Shown one piece after another: positions 1 to 13,499 of a stretch of 62,000 nt of DNA. The notes beneath the pieces were generated by a model. That model saw only the letters and a list, made by a program, of their open reading frames with translations, was not told the origin of the DNA and searched no databases. Numbering within the stretch: position 1 is the first letter of the stretch; every line of letters starts with the position of its first letter. A program made the translations under genes and the position numbers. The DNA comes from Octopus vulgaris (Eukaryota): the NCBI GenBank assembly GCA_951406725.2, contig OX597826.1:60160001-60222000 (forward strand), in the 5' to 3' direction.

Positions 1-1
1 C

Positions 2-230
2 ATCCCATAGAAACTCAACAAATTGTTAAAAGATGGAGAAGGGATGTTAAAATTTGAAAATAATTTTAATGCAGGCACACGATCGTTCCGAACAGCAATA
101 GTAACATGTAAATAACATGGTAGAACAATTAAAATTAGTCAAATTAAATTGCATTACAAATCACTGTTCTTCTCAGTGCAAGACGAATTATATGATGATG
201 ATGATGATAATAATAATAATAATAATAAGG

Positions 231-282
<52 letters not shown>

Positions 283-547
283 TAATAATAATAATAATAA
301 TAATAATGATAAAAAATAATAATAATAATAATAATAATAATATTTTATGATGTATTCGTCTTGCGCTGAGAAGAATAGTAATTTGTAATTAATTTGATTC
401 ACTTTAATTAAGTTTAATTATTTTACCATGTTAATTACATGTTTAATATCACTGTTCGAAACGATCGTGAGCTTTTTAAAAATTATTTCCAAATTTTAAC
501 ATCTTCTCTTCTGCATCTTTAAATAATTTGTTGAGTTTCTATGGGAT
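2..547. mobile_element. Foldback/MITE-like element: long imperfect inverted arms (~2-140 and ~410-547) around an (ATG)n/(AAT)n tract; left end cut by the window edge
   Basis: atcccatagaaactcaacaaatt... at 2 is the reverse complement of ...aatttgttgagtttctatgggat ending at 547; similarity continues through cacgatcgtt.cgaacag and aacatggta. Confidence 0.7.
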
Positions 548-676
548 ACCTTTCCATGAAATCTCATAACACACAACATATGCGCGCACGCGTGTGTGTG
601 TGTTTATCTGCCTGTATGTCTGTGTCTGTCTGTCTATCTGTCTGTCTGTGTATTTGCTTTTGTGTCTTTATTTGAT

Positions 677-845
677 CCTCCCAAATCGTTTGATAGCCGA
701 TTCTGGTAGGTTTACGTCCCCGCTAACTTAACGGTTCGGCAAAAGAAACGTTAGAAAAAGTACTAGGGTTCAATTTGCTCGCCTAAAGGCGATGCTCCAG
801 TATGGCCGCGGTCAAACGACTGAAAAAAATAAAAGAATAAAAAAT
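677..845 (+). mobile_element. SINE family B, 3' fragment
   Basis: gtttacgtcccc...cggttcggcaaaag...taaaggcgatgctccagtatggccgcggtcaaacgactgaaa matches the 3' half of the full copies at 30593-31009 and 45531-45963. Confidence 0.8.
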
Positions 846-848
846 AAA

Positions 849-1330
<482 letters not shown>

Positions 1331-2559
1331 ATTCTTTTGCTTCTTTCAGCGATGCGGCTGCGGTCGTGCTATATATACATGTATCTATATCTATATATGC
1401 ATGTATGTATATGTGTGTGTGCGTGTGTTTGTATATGTGTGTGTGGTGTGTTTGTGTGTCTGTGCGTCTGTGTAGTTTAAATCTATAACGATGCAGATTG
1501 TGAGGTAGTGTGGTATTCAGCTTCCATAAATATCACTCCATTTTGCATTACATTCACAGGAAAAAGAAATTGTAATCCTTCTTTAATGAACTGGATCCAA
1601 TTGCAAGAAATGCTTCCATTCTTCAAACTGTAATACAGTCCCTAATACCCACCATAGATAATTCTTCTATAACACTTACAAACATACTGAAAATTTAACA
1701 AATCCCGATACCATAGTGAGAATTTATTAAATAAAGGAAGCTTATATATAAGAGGAAAACCCTGACGGTGATGAATCACTAATAGAGTCTCTATGTATTC
1801 ACTCAGCTGGATAGATGTAACCACAAAAGCAGGGACGTTATTGAATTGCGTCCTATTTGCTCTGTCAAAAGAAAGGACATTTTGTTTGAAGTGGCTTAGT
1901 GTTACTTGACTACGTACAGAAATGTAGAAAAGAAAAGGTGGTAGTTGTAGTTGGTCTACTGAGGAAGAATATGGAACCAAACAGCAATAGCAACATGAAG
2001 GTGATTCTTCTAAATCCACTTCGTTTTTCTGTACGACTTTTAAATCGTATCACTAATGGTAATGGTAGTAGGCACGAAAGAAACGTTGTTATCTTTGATG
2101 CTATTGTTAGTGGTGACGGATGCGGCGGTGACGGTCGTCTTCGTCCTCGTCGTAGTTGTAGTGGTGATGGAGGTAGTCGCAGTGGTGGTGGTGATTATGA
2201 TGATGAGGATCACACACACACACGTAATGTAGGGATTTCAACACAAGTTTCGGCTATCAAATTCATTCACAAAGAATTATTCGACTCCGGAATCTAGTTA
2301 TAAGACACTTGCTCAAGGTACTACGCAGTGGAACCGAACCCAAAACCGTATGGTTGCATCCATGCTTAAGCAATAGATCAATATATGTCTGTCAAGTATG
2401 CCGTTACCCTTATTGTTGTTGATGCTGTTCTTGTTATGGAGATGTTATTGTTGTTATTATTCATGACACCATGTTCAGTTTGTTGTTGATAATGATTGGT
2501 TATATCGTTGTCCGTTTCCCTTCTGATGGCGTTGACGTAATATTTATGATGTTAAGTAG

Positions 2560-3775
2560 GTTGCTAATATTGGTGATGTCGATGAAAACAATGTTGCTGT
2601 TGTTCTTTATAACGATGTTGCTAATGTTGGTGATGTTGATGAAAACGATGTTGTTAGTATTCTTTATAACGATGTTGCTAATATTGGTGATGTCGATGAA
2701 AACTCTGTTGCTGTTGTTCTTTATAATGATGTTGCTAATTTTGGTGATGCTGATGAAAACGATATTGCTGGTATTCTTTAAAACGATGTTGCTAATATTG
2801 GTGATGTCGATGAAAACGCTGTTGCTGTTGTTCTTTATAACGATGCTGCTAATGTTGGTGATGTCGATGAAAACGATGTTACTGACGTTTTTAAAACGAT
2901 GTTGCTAATGTTGGTGATGTTGATGAAAACGATGTTGCTGGTATTCTTTATAACGATGTTGCTAATGTTGATAATGTTGATGAAAACGATGTTACTGACG
3001 TTTTTAAAACGATGTTGCTAATGTTGGTAATGTTGATGAAAACAATGTTGCTGGTATTCTTTATAACGATGTTGCTAATGTTGATAATGTTGATGAAAAC
3101 GATGTTACTGACGTTTTTAAAACGATGTTGCTAATGTTGGTGATGTTGATGAAAACGATGTTGCTGGTATTCTTTATAACGATGTTGCTAATGTTGATAA
3201 TGTTGATGAAAACGATGTTACTGACGTTTTAAAACGATGTTGCTAATGTTGGTGATGCTGATGAAAACAATGTTGCTGGTATTCTTTATAACGATGTTGC
3301 TAATGTTGATAATGTTGATGAAAACGATGTTACTGACGTTTTTAAAACAATGTTGCTAATGTTTGTGATGTTGATGAAATCGATGTCGCTGGTATTCTTT
3401 AAAACGATGTTGGTAATGCTGATAATGTTGATGAAAACGATGTTACTGACGTTTTTAAAACGATGTTGCTAATGTTGGTGATGTTGATGAAAACGATGTT
3501 GCTCTTGTTCTTTATAACGATGTTGCTAATATTGGTGATATCGATGAAAACGCTGTTGCTGTTGTTCTTTATAATGATGTTGCTAATTTTGGTGATGCTG
3601 AGGAAAACGCTGTTCTGGTATTTTTTAAAACGATGTTGCTGTTGTTCTTTATAATGATGTTGCTAATATTGGTGATGCTGATGAAAACAATGTTGCTGGT
3701 ATTCTTTAAAACGATGTTGTTAATTTTGTTGATGTTGAAGAGAACGATGTTGCTCTTGTTCTTTATAATGATGTT
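2560..3775. repeat. Minisatellite of ~57-bp units (gatgttgctaatgttggtgatgttgatgaaaacgatgttgctggtattctttataac), alternating with 56-bp variant units in the centre
   Basis: About 20 tandem units; the central block alternates ...ggtattctttataac and ...actgacgtttttaaaac endings. Confidence 0.95.
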
Positions 3776-4744
3776 CGACAATGAAATTTTAGCTCTCCAT
3801 GTCATTGTTTGAGATTATTTTTTCTTACGCTCTTGTTGATGTCATCGTGTTCTTGTACATTTTAATGATAACAGTATTGATGTCGTTGTTGTTCTTCTAT
3901 ATTGGTTTATTCATTGTCAGTTCATTCTTATTTATGCTATCTTTGTTGAACATGTTGTTATTTGGATGATATTATTGTTAATAATATTGAGTACGTTGTT
4001 TAACTGTTTACCCATCTGCTAGTCAACAGAAAAAGTGCCGACTTAGAAAGAATAATGAAAGGCTTTCCAGTCCTCACCATTTCCAACCGGTTTTCTTATG
4101 AACCAGCAAACATGCAATACAATGTATTCTGTATATATTACAGCAGGGTGTAAAGTGAGAGACATTTGGCTACTATTTCTATCAGATTGAACGTCTCATA
4201 GCGACTTCTTACTATCTCTAAGTTATTACTTTTGTTGTTGTTGTTGTTGTTTTGGTGGTGGTTGTTGTCTTGGTGATGGTGGTGGTGGTAGATGTGATGA
4301 TGTTAGTTGTGATTGATGTGTTGTTAGTTGCTGCTATTTTGCTTCTAGGCAGATGAAGTCGACTTTCTATATTTCAAGCAGTCGTATCAGGTGGAGCAAG
4401 ATGGGGAAGAGAGAGAGAGAAACAGAGAGAAACAGAGAGAGAGAGAGAGAGAGAGAGAGGCAGACTGACAGACAGAAACATAGAGAATGGGAGGGAAAAG
4501 GAAGAGAGAGAGAGAGAGAGATCACAGGGATTCGAGTAGAGGTCGATGGGGATTGTCGAGGTGGATGAAGAGGAGCTGTAGGATGAGGAAGGATATTATG
4601 GAGGTGGATGATGAAGGAGGTAGACGAGGAGGCAGTGAGCAGGTGGAGTAATGTCCACTTGATACGTCTCAAATAGATTGTCTCCACTGTGCTAACAGCA
4701 ATTCGACCCCCTTCCCATATTTTGTCCTTTGAGATGAATGTAAT

Positions 4745-4827
<83 letters not shown>

Positions 4828-5308
4828 GTATGTGCGTCTGTTCCGTTTGAGTGTGTGTGTGTCACTGAGAGGAAGAGAGAGAAGTCTGTGCGTGTGAGTA
4901 TGTGCACCTCTGTACTGTTATGTTCGTGTTACTACTTTGGTTTATTAATGTGTTTAATGGTATCTGTTATGTATGAGTGAAAGCGTGTTTGCCTGCGTGT
5001 GCGTATGTCCGTGTGTGCTTGCTTGTTTGTGTGTATTTGTGTGTCTGCGTATGAGTGAGTGTATCTGTGTGTGTGCGTGTGTTCCAATTTAAAAGATAAA
5101 AGTTATATAAAGTAAGTTTGAAGATGGCTGATTTTACGCAAATGTATAAAAGTAAGCACACTACGTATTCACACTTACGCCACACGGACCTACATCATGT
5201 GCACACACAAACATACTCGTTCAGACATATATAAAGATATTTACTCATATAGACCCAGAAAGAAACAAGGCATTTATAAAAAAGAAATATATAAGTATGT
5301 ACATACAT

Positions 5309-5384
<76 letters not shown>

Positions 5385-5388
<4 letters not shown>

Positions 5389-5583
5389 GTTAGCTACTGC
5401 ACGCATTTTTTTTCTCTCCTTCTTTCTGTGTTTTTCTCTCTCTGTGTATCTTTCTGTTGAAGAGCGTAGGCTCGAAACGTTAAAGACTTGTTTTATTTAT
5501 ATTTCCTGAGCGCCATACTAATACAATTGTTCGTTTGTTTTCCACCTGCCTTCGTCTTTTGTTTATTTTCATAAAGCTTCCCG

Positions 5584-5584
<1 letters not shown>
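5385..5584 (+). mobile_element. Short non-coding element with hammerhead-like motif (family G1), (TA)n on both sides
   Basis: tcttt-ctgttga-a-gagc-gtag-gctc-gaaac-gtt-aaaga at 5449-5486; nearly identical to 39378-39545. Confidence 0.7.
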
Positions 5585-5680
<96 letters not shown>

Positions 5681-6208
5681 CACACACACGAATACTTACA
5701 TATATAAACATATACATATACGTAGACATGTATGTGTATTGTGTGTGTTTGCAAACACATGATATACGTGTGTGTATGTTTCACTATATAGCTATATATG
5801 TAAATACAAATATGTATGTACATATGTATGCATATATCTATATATACATGTGTCAACGTATGTGAATATGTGTGCGTATATTCTTGTGTATATTGGACCC
5901 ACACTCGATCGCCATACTAGGATATTACAAATGTTTCTTCCCTCGGGTAAAACCCAAAGTTACAAACCTGTCTCAATCCAAAATTCCTGAAGGAATTCTT
6001 CTAAATGACAGCTTGGATTTTAGAAACAAATGACTATTTTCTTTCATAAAGGAATTGTAATGCTGTGATCAAAATCTTGAACCCAACTGCCATCATTGAT
6101 TACGGGTCAATGTACCTTTTCTGGTCTTTTGTCTTTCGATTTCCACAACAGTAAGATTTTGACAAACAGCTAAGTGTATTTGTTAGATGTAAGTTAGATG
6201 TATATCAG

Positions 6209-6580
6209 ACTAGCAGTATCGCCCGGCGTTGCTCGGGTTTGTAAGGGAAATAACTATAAAGCATTTTTAGAGAGTTATAGCCAAAAAAATGGGAAAAAAA
6301 TTATGGTAAATTTTTTTTAGTTAAAAAGGTCGAGTTGCGTCCCCTAGACAGTCTGTGGTTTGTGTTTCTAATTCTCGACCCCATGTCGAATTTATCGATT
6401 TTTTTCAGAACTGGGGGAACTTTTCAAAATTTTCGCTGCGTTAGTTTTGAATTATGACATTGGGCTATGTGTGTGTCAAGTTTCATCAGAATCGGTTGAA
6501 AGCCGTGGTCAGGGTGAGGGTACAACCTAACAGACACACAGAAACACACAGACAAACTGCCGTTTATATATAGAGAGATA
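6209..6580 (+). mobile_element. Non-autonomous Helitron-associated (HINE/Lep1-like) element
   Basis: 5' actagcag..cccggcgttgctcggg hairpin; 3' caagtttcatcagaatcggttgaaagccgt, then a short acag/acac microsatellite and tttatatatag; this layout is typical of the class. Confidence 0.6.
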
Positions 6581-6913
6581 AGGGCACCAGCAAACAATCA
6601 GCCATACACACCCACACAATACACCATCCATACACTCACACACTCATACTCACATAACGCACTGGTGTGTTTACACATTTTTGTCTACAGCAGGAATCTT
6701 TCTCGTAACAACTGGTATCATGTTTATATTTAAATACATTACTGCTTAGCGCTTCTAATACGTACAGGAAAAAAACACAACAGCCATTTTCAACTATAAA
6801 AGGTACATATATATTATTTGTTTACGAAATCAGAAGAGGTAAATTGACAGGATTACTCCATGTAGTCAATTGCGTTGCAAATAATGGCAGTCCATTGACT
6901 CAAAGACGTATAC

Positions 6914-7074
6914 GGCCCAGGCCTGGGTGTGCGGAAAGAAGCCTGATTCCCAAACACATGGCTCAGGGTTCAGTCCCACTGCGTGGCATCTTTGGCAAGT
7001 GTCTTCTACTATAGCCTCGGGCCGACCAGGGCCTTGTGAATAGATTTGGTAGACGGAAACAGAAAGAATCACGT

Positions 7075-7105
<31 letters not shown>

Positions 7106-7358
7106 GCATGTATATATCCATATACATATATATATATATACATATATATGTGTGTGCTTGTGTTTGTGTTTGACCACCACCATTGCTTAACAAACGATGT
7201 TGGTGTGTTTACGTCCCCGTAATTTAGAGGTTCGGTAAAAGTGACCGGTAATATATGTAACAGACTTACAAAAAATAAGCCCAGTGATCGATTTGTTCGA
7301 CTAAGAGGAAGTGCTCCAGCATGGCCACAGTCAAAATGAGTGAAACAGGTGAAAAAAC
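6914..7358 (+). mobile_element. SINE family B, full length (tRNA-like head, CORE-like ttggcaagtgtcttct, internal microsatellite)
   Basis: gggttcagtcccactgcgtggcatctttggcaagtgtcttctactatagcc; 3' ccagcatggccacagtcaaaatgagtgaaac. Confidence 0.85.
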
Positions 7359-7447
7359 AATATGTATGTATGTATGTATGTATGAATGTGTATCTATGTA
7401 TGCATGTATATGTGTGCGCATGTGTGTAGTTGTGTCTGTGTGTGTGT

Positions 7448-7482
<35 letters not shown>

Positions 7483-7999
7483 TGTGTAGACGGAGATTCT
7501 TATTAGAGAACTTTTGACTCCGATGTCTTTAGCCATAACTACATTACCAGTAAACGTAGGTGATTGCAAAAATTACGAACGCAAAGACAATTGACTGCAA
7601 TTTTCAAAACAGTTTCTTTCTTTTTTCTTTTCGAGACCTCAAGTTGTTTCGGCTTCATCGAAAATCGGCGTGTTGAGCGCTATCCTGCCCTATGTCATCT
7701 AGAGCGAGAAACCTGAAACGAGCGAATGAAGACAGGGATAGCGTGAATTAGATATGTGTATTGTCTGGTTTCCCTGTATTCTAAAATAATATTGTATATG
7801 ATGGTATATAATAGATAGTGTGCAAGCAGAGATGATATCATCAAAAGTATGTAAGTCAGATGAAAATGGCTATTGTGTTTGAAATGGAAATAGTAAAAGA
7901 TTGTTTCGTGATTTTGAAGACAACAACTTAATAAAACGGCCGCAAAAACGAACAAAACGAATATAAGTATTACTAATGAAGATAATAATAAATTCTACA

Positions 8000-8182
8000 A
8001 AAGGAGTACGACCTGAGATTTTTACTCCGCCCTCAGTGCTCAGTTGGTACGTATTTTGTCGAACTGAGAATGATGAAAGACATAGTCGCCCTCGGCGGTA
8101 TTTCATCACGGAAGGTAAAGCGGACGAAATGCCCTTGTGCGTTTTGTTTGGCGTGCTAACGACTATACCAGCTGGCCGTTTT
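8000..8182 (-). mobile_element. SINE family A, degenerate copy
   Basis: cagttggtacgtattttgtcga...gatgaaagacatagtcgccctcggcgg...gctaacgactataccagctggccg is a diverged reverse complement of the family A head and body. Confidence 0.65.
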
Positions 8183-8191
8183 AATAATAGC

Positions 8192-8292
<101 letters not shown>

Positions 8293-8296
8293 TAAA

Positions 8297-8820
8297 TGCC
8301 CTGATGTAGCACCAGGCAGTGGTTCTCGTGGCTTCTGATCTCAACTGATTGGAAGTGTTATCATGTACATTGTTGTGTCTTGGTATAAAAGATGGGCTAC
8401 AGCAAATATTCTGCTCAATACCACAGATTTGCTTATCAGTTGCTTGACTTTAACCAGTTGAGCATGTCCCTTAGTGGCTGACGATATGTGCATCTCTGAT
8501 CACGAGCATCATAGCCATGTGTTGAGAGGGATTCTTTGGGGTTTGAATAATTCACCTCTGAAAACGTGGGTAGTTCGTTCAACATCCTTAAACAACCTTT
8601 TGAGCGGGATGGGCTACTCGACCAGAAGAAAATTCTAACTGGGCCCCACTTGCAAGGTCATGTGCTGTTTATCTTGACATGAGATCACCATGTCGCGCAC
8701 ATATGGTTGTGATGCATGTGCCTAGTGTACCCTTATCAGACGGGTAGTTATGATGGTTTTACTGGGCTTCGTATATTTTACCCCAGTGTCACTTTGATGG
8801 CATTCACTGCTCTCTCACTC
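8297..8820 (+). mobile_element. ~520-bp non-coding interspersed element (family F), (AAT)n on both sides
   Basis: Colinear with the reverse complement of 57218-57798, from tgccctgatg to ctctctcactc. Confidence 0.85.
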
Positions 8821-8890
<70 letters not shown>

Positions 8891-9970
8891 TAACAGTAAT
8901 AATAATAATTTTATAAAAAAAGGATAGATATTTATGAATAGTTTTGTGTATATACCAATCTTTTACCGCAATAGTGGGAGGAAAAGAAATTAATCCAATA
9001 AAATTAATTAATCTAATAAAATTAATCTAACAAAATTCATCTAATTTTTGTATCTATAAATTCATACTTAGCTTATATAAAGCTATACTGGTATATTCAC
9101 TACTTATAAAAGAGGTTGCAATTTTATTAATATATAATTAGCATGTATTTTTACCTCAATACTACTTTATTAATACCAATATATACCAATTAATCAATAT
9201 TCACAGGCACCAACTGATGAGTTAGTATTTACGTGTACGCTATGTATAAATATTAAACTATTTCTGGATAATTTATTTTTCTCCCTCTATTGTAGTAAAA
9301 GTTTGGTATACACTCAACAGTATTCATAAATATCTGTAGTTTTTGTTATAATATTATTTTTAATAATCGTCTGAATAACCCTAAACGTTAACTGTATATT
9401 GTTTAAAATATTTAACTATAGTTAAAATATTTAACTATAGTACTAAATGATAAAGCTTCCCCTGTTTCATTATCAATAGTCTGCTAGTGGGCGACCCCAT
9501 TAATTGTCATCTAACATCTTGTTTTAAGTTTTCCTTTACCAAACTTCATGATATTGCCTCTAAGAAATCTTGATTTTTATGATTATATCAACTAAGATTT
9601 ATGTCTGCTCCCTCAGCCCTAACCCTAACAGATAATGTCCTTTGTTCTCTCAGCCTTAGATATACAAGGATTTGATAAACTAGTCTATGAATTAAAACTG
9701 ACCCCATTAAAAACAAAACAATCAGTGACAGACAGAGTGAGTAAAAATGTATATCAGTCTGTTCTTTGTCTATATCCTTAACTTCTTGGAGATTTTAGGT
9801 ATAATTATACTAATGTGTCCATCTGTTCTAAATTAATTAAATTCTATATCTGTACAGCTGAGGATTGCTCTGCATTTTAAATTGTTGTAATGATTGCATT
9901 GTTCATTTAAATGGAGTTGCATGAAACGATCGTGCTGCATTACCTCTGCATATCCTTGTTGCTTATTTTG

Positions 9971-10112
<142 letters not shown>

Positions 10113-11021
10113 ATATGATATATATATATATACATATATTTATGAATGAGTAGGGCAAGAATGGGTTGATATTTCTAATGGTGTGAGGAAATGTATAGTT
10201 CCCTATTTAGTCTCCTATTCTTCTTTCTCTCTTTCTTCCTTACCTTCCTCTTCCCCTTCTTCTTCGTCTTCTTCTTCTCTTCTTCTTCTTCTTCTTCTTC
10301 TTCTTCTTTTTCTCCTTCTCTTTCTTCGTCTACTACTAGTACTACTACAGTTTGTATCAAGAGGAATATTGAAAGTATTGTCGATTTTTTTCTTAATTGG
10401 CAGTATCAATAACCATGCGTTATTGTTGTTGTTGTTGATGATGATGATGATGATGATGTTTTCAGATTATTTAGATGACTTTTTTTGCAAAGGAGAGTTG
10501 ACAACCTTCTCCAAATGAACCAACCAACCAGCTAACAAATCAACCCGCAAATCACCCACTAAAAAAAAAACAACATAATAACACGCACACATACCGTGTT
10601 AGAAATAAGAAGAACATTTAACAGCTATCTCCACATAACTTTTCTTAACGTAGAAAGCTGCTATTAATCATTTAATAAACATCTTTCTCAGGAAACGAAA
10701 GATTTTAGATGTTTCAATGGATATGTTTAAAAGGTAAAAAAAAATAAAACATAATATATAAACAAACAATTCGTGGAAATTAATAAATATATTGAAAATA
10801 CCAACAACAAAATCGGGCCAAATATGCATAAAAAAAAAAACGAGTAAATGTCATAAACAATTGATAGAAATTGTGCTGAATAAGAAACTAGAATTTAATT
10901 TTGATTTATGGGAGGGGAAAAAAGCGATCTATTGGTAATTGCCAAATAGTGATTGACGAAATGATAATTGAGAAAACAGCTAGGCATGGTTTGATATATA
11001 TATATATATATATACACACAC

Positions 11022-11072
<51 letters not shown>

Positions 11073-11206
11073 TATATGCGTGTATATATATTTATATATA
11101 TACATACATACATACATACATACATACATACATACACACATACACACACATAAATATACATATTTGCATATATAAACACATATACATATATATATAGATG
11201 TATGTC

Positions 11207-11283
<77 letters not shown>

Positions 11284-13137
11284 GTGTGTGCATAAACATA
11301 TATATATTTATGTATGTATATATATATATATATATACATATGTTTGTGTATGTGTAGGCAAAGAGACATAGAGAGAGCGGCACAAGAGAGGGAATTAGTA
11401 ATAGGGAGAGAAAGAAATAGAGGAAAAGAGAAATGACGAAAGAAAAGATGTACATGTATGTTTGTATGTGTGTATGGGAGGTATAGGAAGAAAGAGATAT
11501 AGTATAAAACCACTGACAATGCATGAAAACGTTGATAAAAAGGGAGAAAGACAGAGAGAGAGAGAGAGAGAGAAAAGTGGAACTGAGTGATTGAGAAAAG
11601 CAAACTGAAAGAGAACAGTTTTTTTATGTATCTTTGATCCGTGTCTTTATATTTCTGTGGATTCACTTCAACATATTAAATTCTCATCTCCGTAACACCC
11701 AAGTCTAATATGCGTGACTCCTGGAGAGCGCGCGCGCGCTTGAATGTATGTATTGTAGTATCGCTGTAGGGTAATGTATATGCATATGGGCAATACTTAC
11801 TTCGCTGTCTCCTCAGATGTACGGAATCTTACTCCGTTCGTATGAATATTTGAACCTACTACATCGAACATTCGTGGAAGCGAATCGACCTGTTATAAAA
11901 TACGCACAACCGCAACAATTGTGGAGTACTTATCTCTGTATTTCTACTCCTCTTTCGTTTTATATATACATATATATATATGCATACGTTATACATGCAC
12001 GTATGTGTGTGTTATACATGTATATATATGGTATAGATATGTATGTATTTGACTTGGCCTTTACCCTCAAAACGGCAGGCATTGTGCAAAATCTGAAGTA
12101 ATTCTTATCATCATAGAAACAGGCCCTAACACGGCGGACATCCACCAAAGATAATCGTTTCCACTCACAATATAAGTTCCCACACAAATTCCATGCATAC
12201 ATAAATCCCCAAAAGAATTTAACCAAAACATAAACGAAAATCACATTAAGGAAAACAAATGCGTATGAAACCATTTTTCCCTCAGCTCACACGAAACGCT
12301 TCACATATTGTACCACTACTCAAATTCAATTCTTACAAGAACACCAACCTGAAAACGTACACACATTTCCTATAATCTTTCCAGAAAACCTTTGTTGCCT
12401 TGCAGCATCACCCAATATGGTGTTTTGGTATGAAGAGACATAATTCCTAGCCCAACCATTGCGTGAATTGGTTAATCATCTTTTTTACAGCATCGAAACA
12501 CCGGATGTGTTTGTTGACATCCCAAAATAGAGCGCGGTCTCCATATTTCATTTCATATCTGCCATCTCTGAAGAGCGCAGTGTTACATGATCGGACTGTA
12601 ACCTAACACCTCGTTGAACCCCTAGTGCGAAATCCAACCTTAAGATCAGCCGTAATGGGTGTACACTAGTGTACACTTCGATTAATATGTATGTATATAT
12701 AAATATATATAATACATGCATACATATGTACATACCTTGATGTTGATGAAATTCCAATGTATATAGGCAATAACCTAGGCAAGAAATATTGAAATATGTC
12801 TGAATAATAACATTCATACTTACATACATACATATATTGTTATGGTATATTCTGTAAAGAACATAGGGGAGTACAGTATTGAGCTCATCCTCCTTCAGAT
12901 TTAGCCTGTGCCATCCAGCAGTAGTATTATACATACTTCCAGGTTTGCGTTTCGGCATATGTCTTGTTTGAATAGGTAATTAAAGAAAGTGGGAAACATT
13001 TACATAATGAAGCACTTGCACACCTGGAGAACTACGTTGCATGGAAACAAATGTAGTGCTTAAAAATGAAATGTCCAAACGTTGACTCTAATTTCTTAAA
13101 TTGCACATATATATATATATATATATATACATATATA

Positions 13138-13356
13138 AAGTTAATCCAAACAAGAAAGCACAAAAAAAACACTACAACGCAAGGACGTGGAACACATATA
13201 GCATTATTGGACGCTCAGGAATGAAGGAAAGAAGGAGGGTTTAACGTTTCGAGCGGAGCTCTTCGTCGGAAACATAGGAGAAGGAAAGATCCAGAGAAGG
13301 GAAGACAGAGGATAAAAAATCACCAACGGTACACACGAGGTCACATTTTGAAAAAA
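13138..13356 (-). mobile_element. Hammerhead-motif element, family G2, between (TA)n tracts
   Basis: Minus strand gttt-ccgacga-a-gagc-tcc-gctc-gaaac-gtt-aaac (13273-13239), followed by the family-shared ttcctgagcg. Confidence 0.7.
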
Positions 13357-13369
13357 TATATATATATAT

Positions 13370-13460
13370 GGAGGCGCTTGTCTTAGTGGTTAGGATGTCA
13401 GCATCATGATCGTAAGATTGTGGTTTCGTTGTGTTCTTGAGCAAAACACTTCATTTCACG
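13370..13460 (+). mobile_element. tRNA-headed SINE 5' fragment (family C/D type)
   Basis: tagtggttaggatgtcagcatcatgatcgtaagattgtggtttcg...cttgagcaaaacacttcatttcacgt. Confidence 0.65.
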
Positions 13461-13461
13461 T

Positions 13462-13499
<38 letters not shown>

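Noticed and set aside
2471-2908. 145-aa hydrophobic repeat ORF
   Set aside because: Minisatellite translation; later 56-bp units break the frame
9617-9628. (CCCTAA)2 telomere-like motif
   Set aside because: Only two units; too short to call an interstitial telomere
12100-12958. Non-repetitive stretch and 136-aa minus ORF, considered as an RT or LINE remnant
   Set aside because: No convincing motif in any frame I translated
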